From Alphaproteobacteria bacterium (GTDB lineage: Bacteria; Pseudomonadota; Alphaproteobacteria; SP197), in assembly GCA_964291265.2 (NCBI GenBank), contig OZ219747.1, forward strand, positions 2,144,001 to 2,208,000: DNA of 64,000 nt. The letters are read 5' to 3'. Below are positions 1 to 10,400 of this stretch, piece after piece (the first letter of the stretch is position 1; each line of letters begins with the position of its first letter). Position numbers and translations under genes: made by a program. The notes under the pieces were generated by a model. That model was not told the DNA's origin. It did not search any database and saw only the letters and a list, made by a program, of their open reading frames with translations.

Positions 1-279
1 GGCGAGTTGTCAATGGCTGGTCCAACTACTTCGCCGTTCCGGGGTCGACCCGATGGCTGCGCACGTTCCGCCAAAGGCTGCAACGCCTATGGCTGCGAGC
101 GATCCGCCGCCGCTCCCAGCGCCACTGCTTTGACTGGAAGCGATTGGAGCGCATGACCGAGCTTCTTTGGCCGCGCGTCTCCATCCGCCACCCATGGCCG
201 GACCAGCGGTTTACCGTCAAGCACCCGAGGTAGGAGCCGGATGGATTAACGTCCATGTCCGGATCTGTGCGGGGGGTGC

Positions 280-470
280 GCAGCAATGCGCATCCCTACC
301 GCGACCCAGCTGGTCTCGTCGCCGTGGCGCACCGTCATCTGGTTCTGATGATCGAGGATGGCCTGAGCGAGAAGCGCGAACATCGGTTTCAGGAGATCGT
401 TCGGCTTCGAAGAGTGAACGTCTGCCGGACGGGCCGTCGGTCTGTGCAGCTTCCCGGGGAGTATCCCGGT
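280..470 (-). pseudogene. Probable IS66-family transposase remnant
   Basis: A minus-strand frame reads LLKPMFALLAQAILDHQNQMTVRHGDETSW, resembling the IS66 TnpC HADETxW region; short and broken, boundaries approximate. Confidence 0.35.
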
Positions 471-707
471 GTTTCTCCCCTGGCACGGCCTTCATCGTGT
501 CAGCGGGCAAATCCGCGTCCGGCGATCATCGGATGGGTGGGCAGACAACACGCTGACTGCCGAGTGTGCCGCCACGGCATGTCATCGCCGGTTTCGACTA
601 CTACCCGCTCTTCCCGTCGATTCAGCGGTTGCATTCCGCCTTTTCCTGTGTGCATCCCTGTCTTGGCTTGGGGAGGCGACTGAAGTCACGACAGGGGGAG
701 ATGCGCC

Positions 708-1505
708 ATGACACGAGGAAAGACCCTTCTTCGCCCGCTTGAACCGGCACAGCGCCTGGCGTCGGCGGACCGTGAGACGCTGGAGACAATCCAGGCCGCC
801 GTGGACGCGTGCCAGTCCCTCGTCAGCGAGCAGGGTGCGGCGTTGCAGAAGTCGATGGAGCAGCAACTCAAAGTCCTGAAGGCCCTGGTAGATGCTGTCA
901 GTTCCCTTGCGGAGCGGCTCAAGGAGCAAGACAGCAACGGTGCGGAGGGACACGCGGAGCTGATGAAGGCGGTGCGAAGCGTCCTTGCCGCCGTCGCCGG
1001 TCTTGCGGTGAGGCTCGACGAGGCCAACGTGAAGTCGGCAGCCGCCGTTCACGCCGACCTTGCCGCCCTGAACGACACGCTGAACAGGATCGCCGACACG
1101 CTCGCGGACCATGACCGTCGGCTCGCCGCTGCCGCGGATGCCGTCCCGGCGCTGTCGACTGCCGTCGAGACGTTGCGCGAGGAGACGAACGACGCCATGG
1201 CGGAGAGGAAGCAGGCGCAGGCCGGCGAGGCGCGGACGCTGGGCGACATTGCCAGTGGGACGGCCTCGCTCGGCCTTCGGTTCGGGCATATCGAGCAGGC
1301 GCTCAAGCGCTCCCGGCGCGATTTCTGGCTTACCGGCGTGGCTCTTCCCCTTCTCGTCGGCTGCGCGTTCTTCTTCGGCCTCATGACCGACTTCGTGGTG
1401 CGGTATCTCGAGGCTCCTCCTGCGGTCACGGCCATGCTGCCGGCGGCGGAGTTGCCGCCCTGGCCGCCGCCGGACCTGTCGCTGGAGATCGTGACGCCGG
1501 AGTGA
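708..1505 (+). CDS. Hypothetical coiled-coil protein with C-terminal hydrophobic helix, probable mobilisation accessory protein
   Basis: 265-aa ORF preceded by GGGGGAG; heptad-like Ala/Leu/Glu-rich body; hydrophobic segment FWLTGVALPLLVGCAFFFGLM; ends 6 nt before the relaxase start. Confidence 0.7.
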   Translation: MTRGKTLLRPLEPAQRLASADRETLETIQAAVDACQSLVSEQGAALQKSMEQQLKVLKALVDAVSSLAERLKEQDSNGAEGHAELMKAVRSVLAAVAGLAVRLDEANVKSAAAVHADLAALNDTLNRIADTLADHDRRLAAAADAVPALSTAVETLREETNDAMAERKQAQAGEARTLGDIASGTASLGLRFGHIEQALKRSRRDFWLTGVALPLLVGCAFFFGLMTDFVVRYLEAPPAVTAMLPAAELPPWPPPDLSLEIVTPE

Positions 1506-1511
1506 CGCTCC

Positions 1512-2120
1512 ATGGTGGCGACGGTTCACGAGCTTGCGTCCTCGGCGACCGCGGTTTCGTACTACGAGCAGGACGGGTACTACGCCCGCAACGATCCCGA
1601 GCACCGCAAGGCGAGCTTCTGGCATGGCCGTGCGGCGGGCGACCTTGGGTTGAGGGGCCACGTTGTGCCGTCGCGCTTCGAGTCGGTGCTGCAGGGCAAG
1701 GTGCCGAAGACGGACATCCGTCTGGGGAGGATCGTCGAGGGAGAGCGCCAGCACCGTCCGGGCTGGGACATCACGTTCTCGGCGCCGAAGTCGGTGTCTC
1801 TGGAAGCGCTGGTGATGGGGGACGTGCGTGTCATCCGGGCGCACGACGAGGCGGTTCGGGCGACCCTGGACTGGATCGAGCGGGACCTCTTGCAGACCCG
1901 GGGCTGGGATCCGGCGACGAAGCGCCGGCCGCGGGTGAAGGCGGACGGCATGGTGGTGGCGGGCTTTCGCCATCTCACAAGCCGTGATCTCGATCCCCAG
2001 CTTCACACGCACTGCGTTCTGGCGAACATGACGCGCTCGTCCGACGGCGCCTGGAAGAGCATCGAGCCGACATCCTTGCGGCGCAGCGAGAAGCTGATCG
2101 GAGCGCACTACCGCAACGAA
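1512..2120 (+). pseudogene. MOBF (TrwC/TraI-type) relaxase, N-terminal part, interrupted by IS21-type element
   Basis: Motifs YYEQDGYY, GWDITFSAPKSVS and HLTSRDLDPQLHTH; frame is broken at HYRNE by the insertion. Confidence 0.93.
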
Positions 2121-2187
2121 TGTTGATGGCTGCATAGAACGGCGGGATTTCGGCGATTTGCCGCGCTTTGTCAGGGTCGTGTTTCTT

Positions 2188-2280
2188 CCCTGTTGTTAGG
2201 TCCTATTGTCACGTCCTGTTGTCGTGGTTTGAGTGTTCGGCTGGTTGTCTCCCCGAGCGCCGCCGTCTTTTCCTATTGTC
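2188..2280 (+). repeat. Subterminal CCTRTTGT motifs (three at 13-bp spacing plus one more)
   Basis: cctgttgt 2189, cctattgt 2202, cctgttgt 2215, cctattgt 2272; inverted copy acaatagg at 7302-7309. Confidence 0.55.
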
Positions 2281-2598
2281 GTTTTGGTCCGGTTCGGGTT
2301 CCGTCGACCTCTGCTTCGGTCTTGGTGACGGTTGCCGGGAGGGTTCCGGTTCCGAGGCACTCGCGGGATCGTCTGTCTTCCCTGTGGGCGGGTCGCGTTG
2401 TCCGGTCCCGGGGCGGCGTTTTTGCCGCCGCCCCGGGTGGATGCTAGATCGGCATCAAGAGAAAGAGCGATGCGATGCCGGGCGGAGTTGTGACGCCCCC
2501 CGGCGCAGCACCCGGACGAGCCGGTCACGGGGGACCGAACTCCCGTGTATTGTCGAGCCATTTTGCGTCCGGGTCCACCCCCGCTCTCGAGACGGACG

Positions 2599-3075
2599 GT
2601 GTGCACGACAGGACGACTGTTCAACTGCAGGCGGTGTCAGCGGCAGGTTGTTCTCTGCCGGTCGTGTGACCGGGGGCATGTGTATTGCTCCAAGGAGTGC
2701 AGGGAGCGGTCCCGGATCGAGCGGCGCCGCGCGTCGCGTCGTCGCTACCAGAGCACGCTGAAGGGCCGTGAGACGGGCCGTCACCGCCAGCGGCGTTACC
2801 GGCTCCGCAAGGCGGAGGAGGCGCGTGCGTTGAAGGCCAGGGCGGCGATGGTTGCCGAGATCATGGACACGCAGACGTCTGCTGTGGTGCTGCTTGGCGA
2901 CGTTCCGGCGGTGTCTGGAGACGCCGGTTCTGAAGAAATCGTTACGGACCACCCTTCCCGACTGCTGCCGACCTCCCTACCTGCGGTTGTGAAGGCGCAA
3001 GAGCGACGCGAATCGCCGCTTCGGTGCGCCCGGTGCGGACGGGTCGTGACGCATGTGGTGCTGAGGGACCTGTGA
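2599..3075 (+). CDS. Cys-rich basic hypothetical protein (putative Zn-binding), first ORF of the IS21 element
   Basis: CxxC...CxxC...CxxxC cluster, an Arg-rich helix and C-terminal CARCG; GTG start at 2599 is inferred. Confidence 0.65.
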   Translation: MCTTGRLFNCRRCQRQVVLCRSCDRGHVYCSKECRERSRIERRRASRRRYQSTLKGRETGRHRQRRYRLRKAEEARALKARAAMVAEIMDTQTSAVVLLGDVPAVSGDAGSEEIVTDHPSRLLPTSLPAVVKAQERRESPLRCARCGRVVTHVVLRDL

Positions 3076-3107
3076 TGCGGCGTTGAGGAACCAAAGGGAG
3101 GGAGTTC

Positions 3108-4601
3108 ATGGCGATCGACGAGGACACGCGGGCGACGATCGTGCGGCTGTCGCGGGCCGAGGGCTGGGCTGTGGGGACGATTGCCCGGCATCTCGGCGTG
3201 CACCACGGCACGGTGACGCGGGCGCTCAAGGCGTCGGGGCAGGAGCGGCGGCCGCGGGCCAAGCTCATCGACCCCTTCGTTGCCTTCCTCGGGGAGCGTC
3301 TTGAGGCGTCGCCGGACCTTCCGGCCAGCACGCTCTGGCGACAGGTCGTGGCCCTGGGCTACCGCGGCGGCGAGGATCACTTCCGTCACGACCTGCGCCG
3401 CCTCGGGCTGAGGCCGGTGAAGAGGCCCGAGCCGTCACTGCGGCTGAGCTTCCTTCCGGGCGAGCAGGCGCAGGTTGACTGGGCCGAGTTCGGGAAGGTC
3501 CGCATCGGCCGGGCGGAGCGCAGGCTCATGGGGCTTCTCGTCACCCTCAGCTACTCGCGCCAGACTGTCCTGAGCCTGTTCCACGACGCGCGGATGGCCA
3601 GCTTCCTGCAAGGCCATGTCGAGGCTTTCGCGGCATTCGGGGGTGTGCCGCGGAGGCTTCTGTACGACAACCTGAAGAGTGCCGTGGTGACGCGCCGCGG
3701 CAAGGCGGTCACCTATCATCCGATGCTGCTCGGCCTCGCGGCCCACTATGCCTTCGAACCGAGCGCCGCCTGGCCCAGGAGCCCGCAGGAGAAGGGCCGC
3801 GTGGAACGCCGTGTGCGCTTCGCGCGCACCGGGTTCTTCGCCGGGCGCGACATCACGGTCCCGCTCGGCGAGCTCAACGCCGCAGTTCGGGAGTGGTGCT
3901 TCGGCGCCGCCGCGGAGCGGCCCTGGCCGGACGACGACAGTCTCCTGGTGCGGGACGCCTTCGCCCGGGAGAGGGAGCACCTGATCGTCCTTCCCGCCGA
4001 TCCCTTCCCGCATCACGAGGTCCGCCCGGTGCGCATCGACAAGACCTGCCACGCCCGCTTCGACACCAACGACTACAGCGTTCCGGGTAGCTTCTCCAAG
4101 GCCCTGCTGACGCTGGTCGCCGACCGCGACGAGGTTCGCATCCTCGACGGCGCCGACGAGGTCGCGCGCCACCGACGCTCCTACGACAGGAAGCAGGCCG
4201 TCACCGATCCGGAGCATGCCAGGGCGATCGCCGCGGGCAAGCGGCGGGCCCGCTCCATGAGCGTCCGCGACCGGGTCCTGCGCACCGTGCCGCGGGCCGA
4301 GGAGATGCTGGCGCGCGCCGGGACCAACGGGCGCAACGTGGCCTCCTGCGCCCGGATGCTGGAGACGCTTCTCAACGCGCACGGCGCCGACGCTCTCGAC
4401 CGGGCTGTCGCCACGGCGCTGGAGCGCGGCTCGTGCCACCCCGAAACCGTGCGCGTCATCATCGAGGAGCGCCGCCGGGAGCAGGGCCTGCCGCCCCTCA
4501 GCATCGCCGACGACGGCCGCGGCGGCCGTGGCACGACGCCGCGGGGGACCGCTCTCGACGCCTACGACAGGCCCGAAGCCAGCGCCAGGAACAAGACATG
4601 A
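3108..4601 (+). CDS. istA: IS21-family transposase IstA
   Basis: N-terminal HTH; PGEQAQVDW, LYDNLKSAV and EKGRVER motifs of the DDE core; GGGAGGGAG RBS. Confidence 0.95.
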   Translation: MAIDEDTRATIVRLSRAEGWAVGTIARHLGVHHGTVTRALKASGQERRPRAKLIDPFVAFLGERLEASPDLPASTLWRQVVALGYRGGEDHFRHDLRRLGLRPVKRPEPSLRLSFLPGEQAQVDWAEFGKVRIGRAERRLMGLLVTLSYSRQTVLSLFHDARMASFLQGHVEAFAAFGGVPRRLLYDNLKSAVVTRRGKAVTYHPMLLGLAAHYAFEPSAAWPRSPQEKGRVERRVRFARTGFFAGRDITVPLGELNAAVREWCFGAAAERPWPDDDSLLVRDAFAREREHLIVLPADPFPHHEVRPVRIDKTCHARFDTNDYSVPGSFSKALLTLVADRDEVRILDGADEVARHRRSYDRKQAVTDPEHARAIAAGKRRARSMSVRDRVLRTVPRAEEMLARAGTNGRNVASCARMLETLLNAHGADALDRAVATALERGSCHPETVRVIIEERRREQGLPPLSIADDGRGGRGTTPRGTALDAYDRPEASARNKT

Positions 4602-5299
4602 GCGAGCTCAGGGAGCGTGCCCGGGCGCTCGGCCTCCACGGGCTCGTCGAACGCTGGGACGAGGTCGCCGGGACCGCATGGATCGAGGAGGTGGTCAGCG
4701 GCGAGGAACAGGCCCGCAGGGCCCGCAGCCACGAGCGCCGCCGCGCCGCGGCGCGGCTGCCCGCCTTCAAGCCCCTGGCGGACTTCGACTGGACATGGCC
4801 GCGCGACATCAGCCGGGCCCATGTCGAAGCGCTCCTCGGCCTCGGCTTCGTCGACCGTGCGGACAACGCCGTGCTCGTCGGCGGGCAGGGCACCGGAAAG
4901 ACCATGATCGCTGCCAACGTGGCTCACCAGGCCCTGCTGCACGGCCACACCGTCCGCTTCGAGAAGGCGCCGGAACTGCTCGAGGCACTCGCCGAGACCG
5001 TCTCGCGCAGCGAGCTGCGCCGCCGCCTCGCGATCCTCGCCAGGCCCCGCCTGCTCGTCCTCGACGAAATCGGCTACGTGACCCTCGAAAGCCACCATGC
5101 CGACATCCTCTACGCCATCGTCTCGCGGCGCTATCAGCGCCGCTCGACCATGGTCACGACAAGCCTCGCCTTCGCCCAGTGGGACCGCGTCTTCCCCAGC
5201 GCCTCCGGCATCGCCGGCACCGTCGACCGGCTCATGCACGACGCAACCCTCATCTCCATCGACAGCGACTCCTGGCGGCTCAGGCGTGAAACCCGATAA
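4598..5299 (+). CDS. istB: IS21-family helper ATPase IstB
   Basis: ATGA overlap with istA; DFDW motif, Walker A GGQGTGKT, Walker B LLVLDEIGY, DRLMH...SWR. Confidence 0.95.
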   Translation: MSELRERARALGLHGLVERWDEVAGTAWIEEVVSGEEQARRARSHERRRAAARLPAFKPLADFDWTWPRDISRAHVEALLGLGFVDRADNAVLVGGQGTGKTMIAANVAHQALLHGHTVRFEKAPELLEALAETVSRSELRRRLAILARPRLLVLDEIGYVTLESHHADILYAIVSRRYQRRSTMVTTSLAFAQWDRVFPSASGIAGTVDRLMHDATLISIDSDSWRLRRETR

Positions 5300-6179
5300 A
5301 CCCCGCCGCGTCGACTTCGACGCCGTCAAGCGCATGCCGTTCGAACGCATCGCCGCCGACTGGGGATACGTCCGCGACGAACAGGCCTCGACACGCGCCA
5401 ACCCCGTCCTGTGCGCACCCGGCCTGCCGAAGCTCGTCACGAAGTGCCTCAACAACGGACACTGGGTCTACTTCAACACCCAGAACGATGAAGACAACGG
5501 AACCGTCATCGACTTCATGCTCAACCGCGGACTGGCCTTCGCCGACATCTGCACCCGCTTCACAGCACCCGACGCCGCGCCACGCGACTTCCGCAGCCTC
5601 TGGGCCGCGGCAACGCCCGATGCGGCCCCGGACTGGCTCACCGGGCGCGGCATCCTCCCGGAGACCCTCGACACCTGCCGCCCCCTGGTCCGCCGCGACC
5701 ACAACGGACGCGTCCTCTTCGCCCATCGCAACAGGAAGCGAAAGCTCACCGGCTTCGAGATCGGTCCCCCCGACGGACCGAAACGCTTCGCCACCGGTGG
5801 AACCCGAAGCCTGTTCGCCGTCCGCGCCGGAACCGCCGCGGACCTCGAGGCCCTCGTCATCACCGAAAGCGCCGTCGACGCCCTCAGCCTGGCCCAGATC
5901 GACCAATGTCCCCCCAGCCACGCCTTCCTCTCCACCGCCGGGGCACCCTCGCGAAGACAGCACGAACAGATCAGCCTCGCCGCAAGCAGCCTGCCCAACG
6001 TCAGGACCATCGTCCTCGCCCAGGACCACGACGAGGCCGGAGAGCGACAGGCCGAAACCCTGCGCAAAAAGATGAAGCTCCCCTCCCACGTCTCGTTCCA
6101 CAGACGCAGACCGCCGGAAAACGCCGACTGGAACGACGTCGTCAACGCCAGGACCAAAGAACCACAAGCGAGATCATGA
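5286..6179 (+). CDS. Toprim-domain (primase-like, DUF3991-type) protein
   Basis: Inferred GTG start overlapping the istB end; Toprim motifs VITESAVDALS, LAQDHDEAG and DWND; N-terminal DNGTVIDF and LxxRGI. Confidence 0.75.
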   Translation: MKPDKPRRVDFDAVKRMPFERIAADWGYVRDEQASTRANPVLCAPGLPKLVTKCLNNGHWVYFNTQNDEDNGTVIDFMLNRGLAFADICTRFTAPDAAPRDFRSLWAAATPDAAPDWLTGRGILPETLDTCRPLVRRDHNGRVLFAHRNRKRKLTGFEIGPPDGPKRFATGGTRSLFAVRAGTAADLEALVITESAVDALSLAQIDQCPPSHAFLSTAGAPSRRQHEQISLAASSLPNVRTIVLAQDHDEAGERQAETLRKKMKLPSHVSFHRRRPPENADWNDVVNARTKEPQARS

Positions 6180-6496
6180 CCACGTCCGTCACAAGGAGAC
6201 CACTCATGCCCCTCACGCCCGCCGAAAAGCAGCGGCGATACCGGGAACGGCGCAAGGCCGGCATCCCTCCCGTCCACACCCCAAAGCACCGTGACCGGCG
6301 CTCGCGACCGCAACGCTGGAACGACGCCGTGGCCGAACTGCGCGCCCTGCAGGACGAATGGCGTGACCACCTCGACAGCATCCCCGAAAGCCTCCGTGAC
6401 ACGCCTTACGGAGAACGCCTGCAGATCGTCGCCGATGCCGACATCGAGGCCCTCGAGGACATCGAACCGCCACGCGGCTACGGAAGGGATACGTGA
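6176..6496 (+). CDS. Small hypothetical protein (TPAEKQRRYRER...PPRGYGRD), last ORF of the element
   Basis: ATGA overlap with the Toprim gene; basic N-terminal helix and acidic C-terminus. Confidence 0.65.
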   Translation: MTTSVTRRPLMPLTPAEKQRRYRERRKAGIPPVHTPKHRDRRSRPQRWNDAVAELRALQDEWRDHLDSIPESLRDTPYGERLQIVADADIEALEDIEPPRGYGRDT

Positions 6497-7066
6497 TCCC
6501 GCAAGACCCTTGAACGCGGTCACGCGTTACCATCCAGGAATGAGAACGTCTCACCCCGACGCGCCGCTCAGCCTCCCCGGGAAACTCCCGGGCCGTCCAA
6601 ACGACACCGCATCACGAGACTGCCGCAGCCGCTGGCCGGACTGGCTTACAGGTCGCAGCATCCGCCCGAAAACACTCGACGCCTGCCGCACCCTGCAGGA
6701 CGAATGGCGTGACCGCCTCGACAGCATCCCCGAAACCCTCCGTGACACGCCTTACGGAGAACGCCTGCAGAGCGTCGCCGATGCCGACATCGAGGCTCTC
6801 GAGGACATCGAACCGCCACGCGGCTACGGAAGGGACACGTAATCTCGCAAGACCCTTGAACGCGGTCACGCGTTACCATCCAGGAATGAGAACGTCTCAC
6901 CCCGACGCGCCGCTCAGCCTCCCCGGGAAACACCCGGGCCGTCCAAACGACACCGCATCACGAGACTGCCGCAGCCGCTGAGCCGCAGCAACGCCCGATC
7001 CGCCGCCGGGCTGGCTCACAGGTCGCAGCATCCGCCCGAAAACACTCGACGCCTGCCGCACCCTGC
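6345..7066 (+). repeat. Tandem duplication, ~346-bp unit
   Basis: ccctgcaggacgaatggcgtgacc at 6345 and 6691; near-identical units, the second ~30 bp longer. Confidence 0.9.
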
Positions 7067-7280
7067 GCCGCCGCAACCGCAACGCACGCAGCCTCTTCGC
7101 CCAGCGCAACAGAAACCGTCAGCTCTCCAGCCTCGAGATCGTCCCGCCCGACGAACCACGACGAGGACGGAGAACGCCAGAACAAGACCCCGCGCAAAAG
7201 CCTGAAGCTCCCCTCCCACATCACGTTCCACAAACGCCGAACGCCAGAAAACGCCGACCGGAACGACATCGTCAACGTCA
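6948..7280 (+). pseudogene. Degenerate, internally deleted copy of the Toprim gene
   Basis: Aligns by eye to ~5570-5775 and then ~6025-6150; contains a TGG>TGA stop. Confidence 0.8.
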
Positions 7281-7446
7281 ATGCAAGACCAATGGGATCC
7301 AACAATAGGCAGAAAACAAAGACCGGGCGGACCTTCGTCCAATGCCGCACGTTCTCCTGTCGTGGTCACCCACTCACACGATCAGCGCCCAAAAGAGCGG
7401 TTCTCCGCCAATATCCCGCCGTTCTAAATCGCCGCCGACAAACGAA

Positions 7447-10400
7447 CTGGCGTCGCGCCTGGTGGCGCAGGGTTTCGCGGTGACGCCGCGGATGATCGGC
7501 CCGGTTCCGGGCTTCGAGCTGGCGGGCTACGACGGGGAGTTCCTGGACGCCTTCTCCGGGCGTCGCCGGGAGATCCTTGCCTACCTCGAGAAGCACGGGC
7601 TTCCGGCGACGCGTGAGGCGACGCAGAAGGCGACGCTCCACACGCGCCGCCGCAAGGTCGAGGCGGGCCTTGCCGAGCTGGTGCCGCAGTGGCGCGCCCG
7701 GGCGCGCGCCCTGGGCCTTGTGCGCGACGAGGCGGCGCTCAGGCCGCCGAGGCCGGTCGAACCGGAGACGGGCCGGGAGATGGCGCTGCCGGTGGCCCCG
7801 GAAGCGGGGCTGACGAAGAACGAACGCCGGCGGCGTCGTCGGTCGCCTGCAGCGCCGCACCTCGAGCCGGTGGCGGAGACCGCGGTGCGGCGGCGCCGGT
7901 TCCGCCCCTCGGCTCCGGCGGAACGCATCGCCGAGCCCGAGACGGGCGTCCTCGAGGCGGTGGCGCGGGCGGTGGCTCATGTCGAGGAGAGACGCACGGT
8001 GATCCCGGCTGGCGATATCCGGGCCCTGGTCCTGGGCCATGCGCCGGGACGCTACCGGCTGGAAGAGATCGACGCGGCGATCGAGCGCCTCGTCGCGGAA
8101 GGGGAGTTGCTGGAGACGGTCCTGCGGGGCTCGGACCGTTCCTTCGTCACCGACCGGGCGGTCAAGGCGGAACGGCGCATCCTGGAGGCGGTGAGGCAGG
8201 GCCGGACGTTGGCCGTCGCCCTGGTCCCGGAAGAGACGGTGACGGCCCGCCTTGCGGCGACGAGGCTGACCGCCGGGCAGGCGAACGCGGTGCGTCACGT
8301 CCTGGGGTCCGGCGATGTGGTGGTGGGCGTGCAGGGTCGGGCCGGCAGCGGCAAGACGACGATGCTGAAGGAGGTGGCGGGCCTCGTGGAGGGGCGCCCG
8401 CTCATCGCCCTTGCTCCCTCGGCCGCCGCGGCGCGGGTGCTGGAGAAGGGAGCCGGGGTCCCGACCCGCACCCTTCAGTGGTTCCTGGTGCGCTACGGCG
8501 ATCTCTCGGACCCCGACCGCCTGGAGCGGGCCCGCGAGGACATGGATGGCGGGGTGCTGGTGGTGGACGAGGCCTCGATGATCGGCACGGTGGCGATGGA
8601 GAGGCTGCTCGCCCTGGCCGGGACCCTTGGTATCGCTCGCGTGGTGCTCGTCGGCGACACGGCGCAGCTGAAGGCGGTGGACGCCGGCCAGCCCTTTGCC
8701 CTCATGCAGAAGCGCGGCATGGCGACGGCGGTGATGGACGAGGTGCTGCGCCAGGAGGATGCGGACCTGAAGGAGGCGGTGGTGCGGGCCCGCGAGGGCG
8801 AGGCCGGCGAGGCCATGACGCGGCTCGCCAACCGGGTGACGGAACACCGGGTGGAGGATCTCGGGGCAGAAGCGGCCCGGGCGTGGCTCGCCCTCGGGGC
8901 GGAGGACCGGGAGGCCTGCGCCGTCCTCGCCCCGACCCATGCCGTGCGCCGGGAGATCAACGCGGCCATCCGCGAGGGCCTGGCGCAGGAAGGCGTGCTG
9001 ACGGGAAGGACGCTCACCATCCAGCGCCTCGTCGACCGGCGCTACACCCGCATCGAGGCCTCGGTTCTCGCCAACTACGAACCGGGGGACACGGTGGTCT
9101 TCCACCGCGACGCCTATGGTTGCCGTGCCGACGATGTCTGCACCATCACCGGGGTCGGCGACGGCTGGGTCGTCCTCGACCATGCCGACGGCCGGGAACG
9201 ACGTTTCCGGCCCTCGGGCAACGCCGCCCGCAACCTCGGGGTGCACGAGACCGTGGAGATCGAGATCCGGGCCGGCGACCGGGTGCGCTGGACGCGCAAC
9301 CGCAAGGCCCGGCGGCGCACGCCGGCCCTGGTCAACGGCGAGGAAGCCCGCGTGCTGTCGATCGGGCCCGAGCGGGTGCGGCTGCTGGCGGACGACGGCA
9401 CGGAGTACTCCCTGGCCCGCAGCGATCCCCACCTGCGCCACCTCGACCATGCCTGGAGTTCCACGGTCCACGGCGCCCAGGGCAAGACGGCGAAGAAGGT
9501 CATCGCCGTCCTCGATGCCGGACACATGGCGAACCGGGAGATGTTCTATGTCGAGGTGAGCCGTGCCTCGCAGGGGTTCACCCTGTTGACGGACGACCGC
9601 GAGGCGCTGATCGAGTGTCTCGAGACCTCGCCCTACGTGCCCGACGCCGCGCTCGAGGCCCTGGGCGAGGATCTCGACGGCCCGATCGTCGATCCCGAGG
9701 CGTGGGCCGCCGTCGTGGCTGCCTGGGAAGAGGTGGAACGGGAGGCGTCGGGTTCGCCTCCCTCGTCGGTTCCGGCCTATGCCGGGGTGATGGCGCGCCT
9801 TGCCGCCTTCGCGGCGGTCGAGGACCTGCCGGCCGAGATGCGCGCCTTCGTCGATGAGCGCCTTGGAGCCCATGAAGCATCCCGTGCTGCGGAGCGCCAG
9901 GTGCGGGAGCTCATCGCCGGCCTGCAGGACCAGCCGCGGCGCTGGCCGGAACTGGCATGGGCGGCCCGGTCCACAGGCCACCCTGCAGGAGACGGCCCGG
10001 CCTGGCGGACGTGGCGCGATGCGGGAACGGCCCTTGTCGACAGCGCCCGGCGGCGGCTCGCCGGAGAGGAGGCGCCGGCGATTCCGGAGAGTGACCGCCG
10101 GCGCCTCGAGGCCGCGCTTGCCGGTGTGGAGAAGGTGCGGCTGAAGGACGATGCCGCGCGCTTTGCCCGCGACTGGCGGGCCCTGGTCGAACGGTCGCGG
10201 GAGAAGGCCGTGCCGGTCTCCCTCCTGGCGGACCATGCGGACCTCTCCCGCCGCGGCGCAGCCCTGGCGCGGTCCACGGGGCTGACGGCGGAGGAACGTC
10301 GTGCGGTGGAGGCCTGGCAGGCGCGCCATGCCACGGAGACCGCTCTCGTCGACGACTTCAGGTCGGCGCGTCAGAGAGCCGGCATGCTGGCGGCATGGTT

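Larger units (their letters stand above)
2121..7440 (+). mobile_element. IS21-family transposon with passenger genes (5,320 bp)
   Basis: TG...CA ends; imperfect terminal IRs sharing TAGAACGGCGGGAT; 6-bp direct repeat AACGAA at 2115-2120 and 7441-7446; removal restores the relaxase frame HYRNE-LASRL. Confidence 0.93.

Noticed and set aside
5570-7280. Toprim gene and its A-enriched copy as a diversity-generating retroelement VR/TR pair
   Set aside because: Many mismatches are at non-adenine positions, the copy has an internal deletion, and no reverse transcriptase is present.
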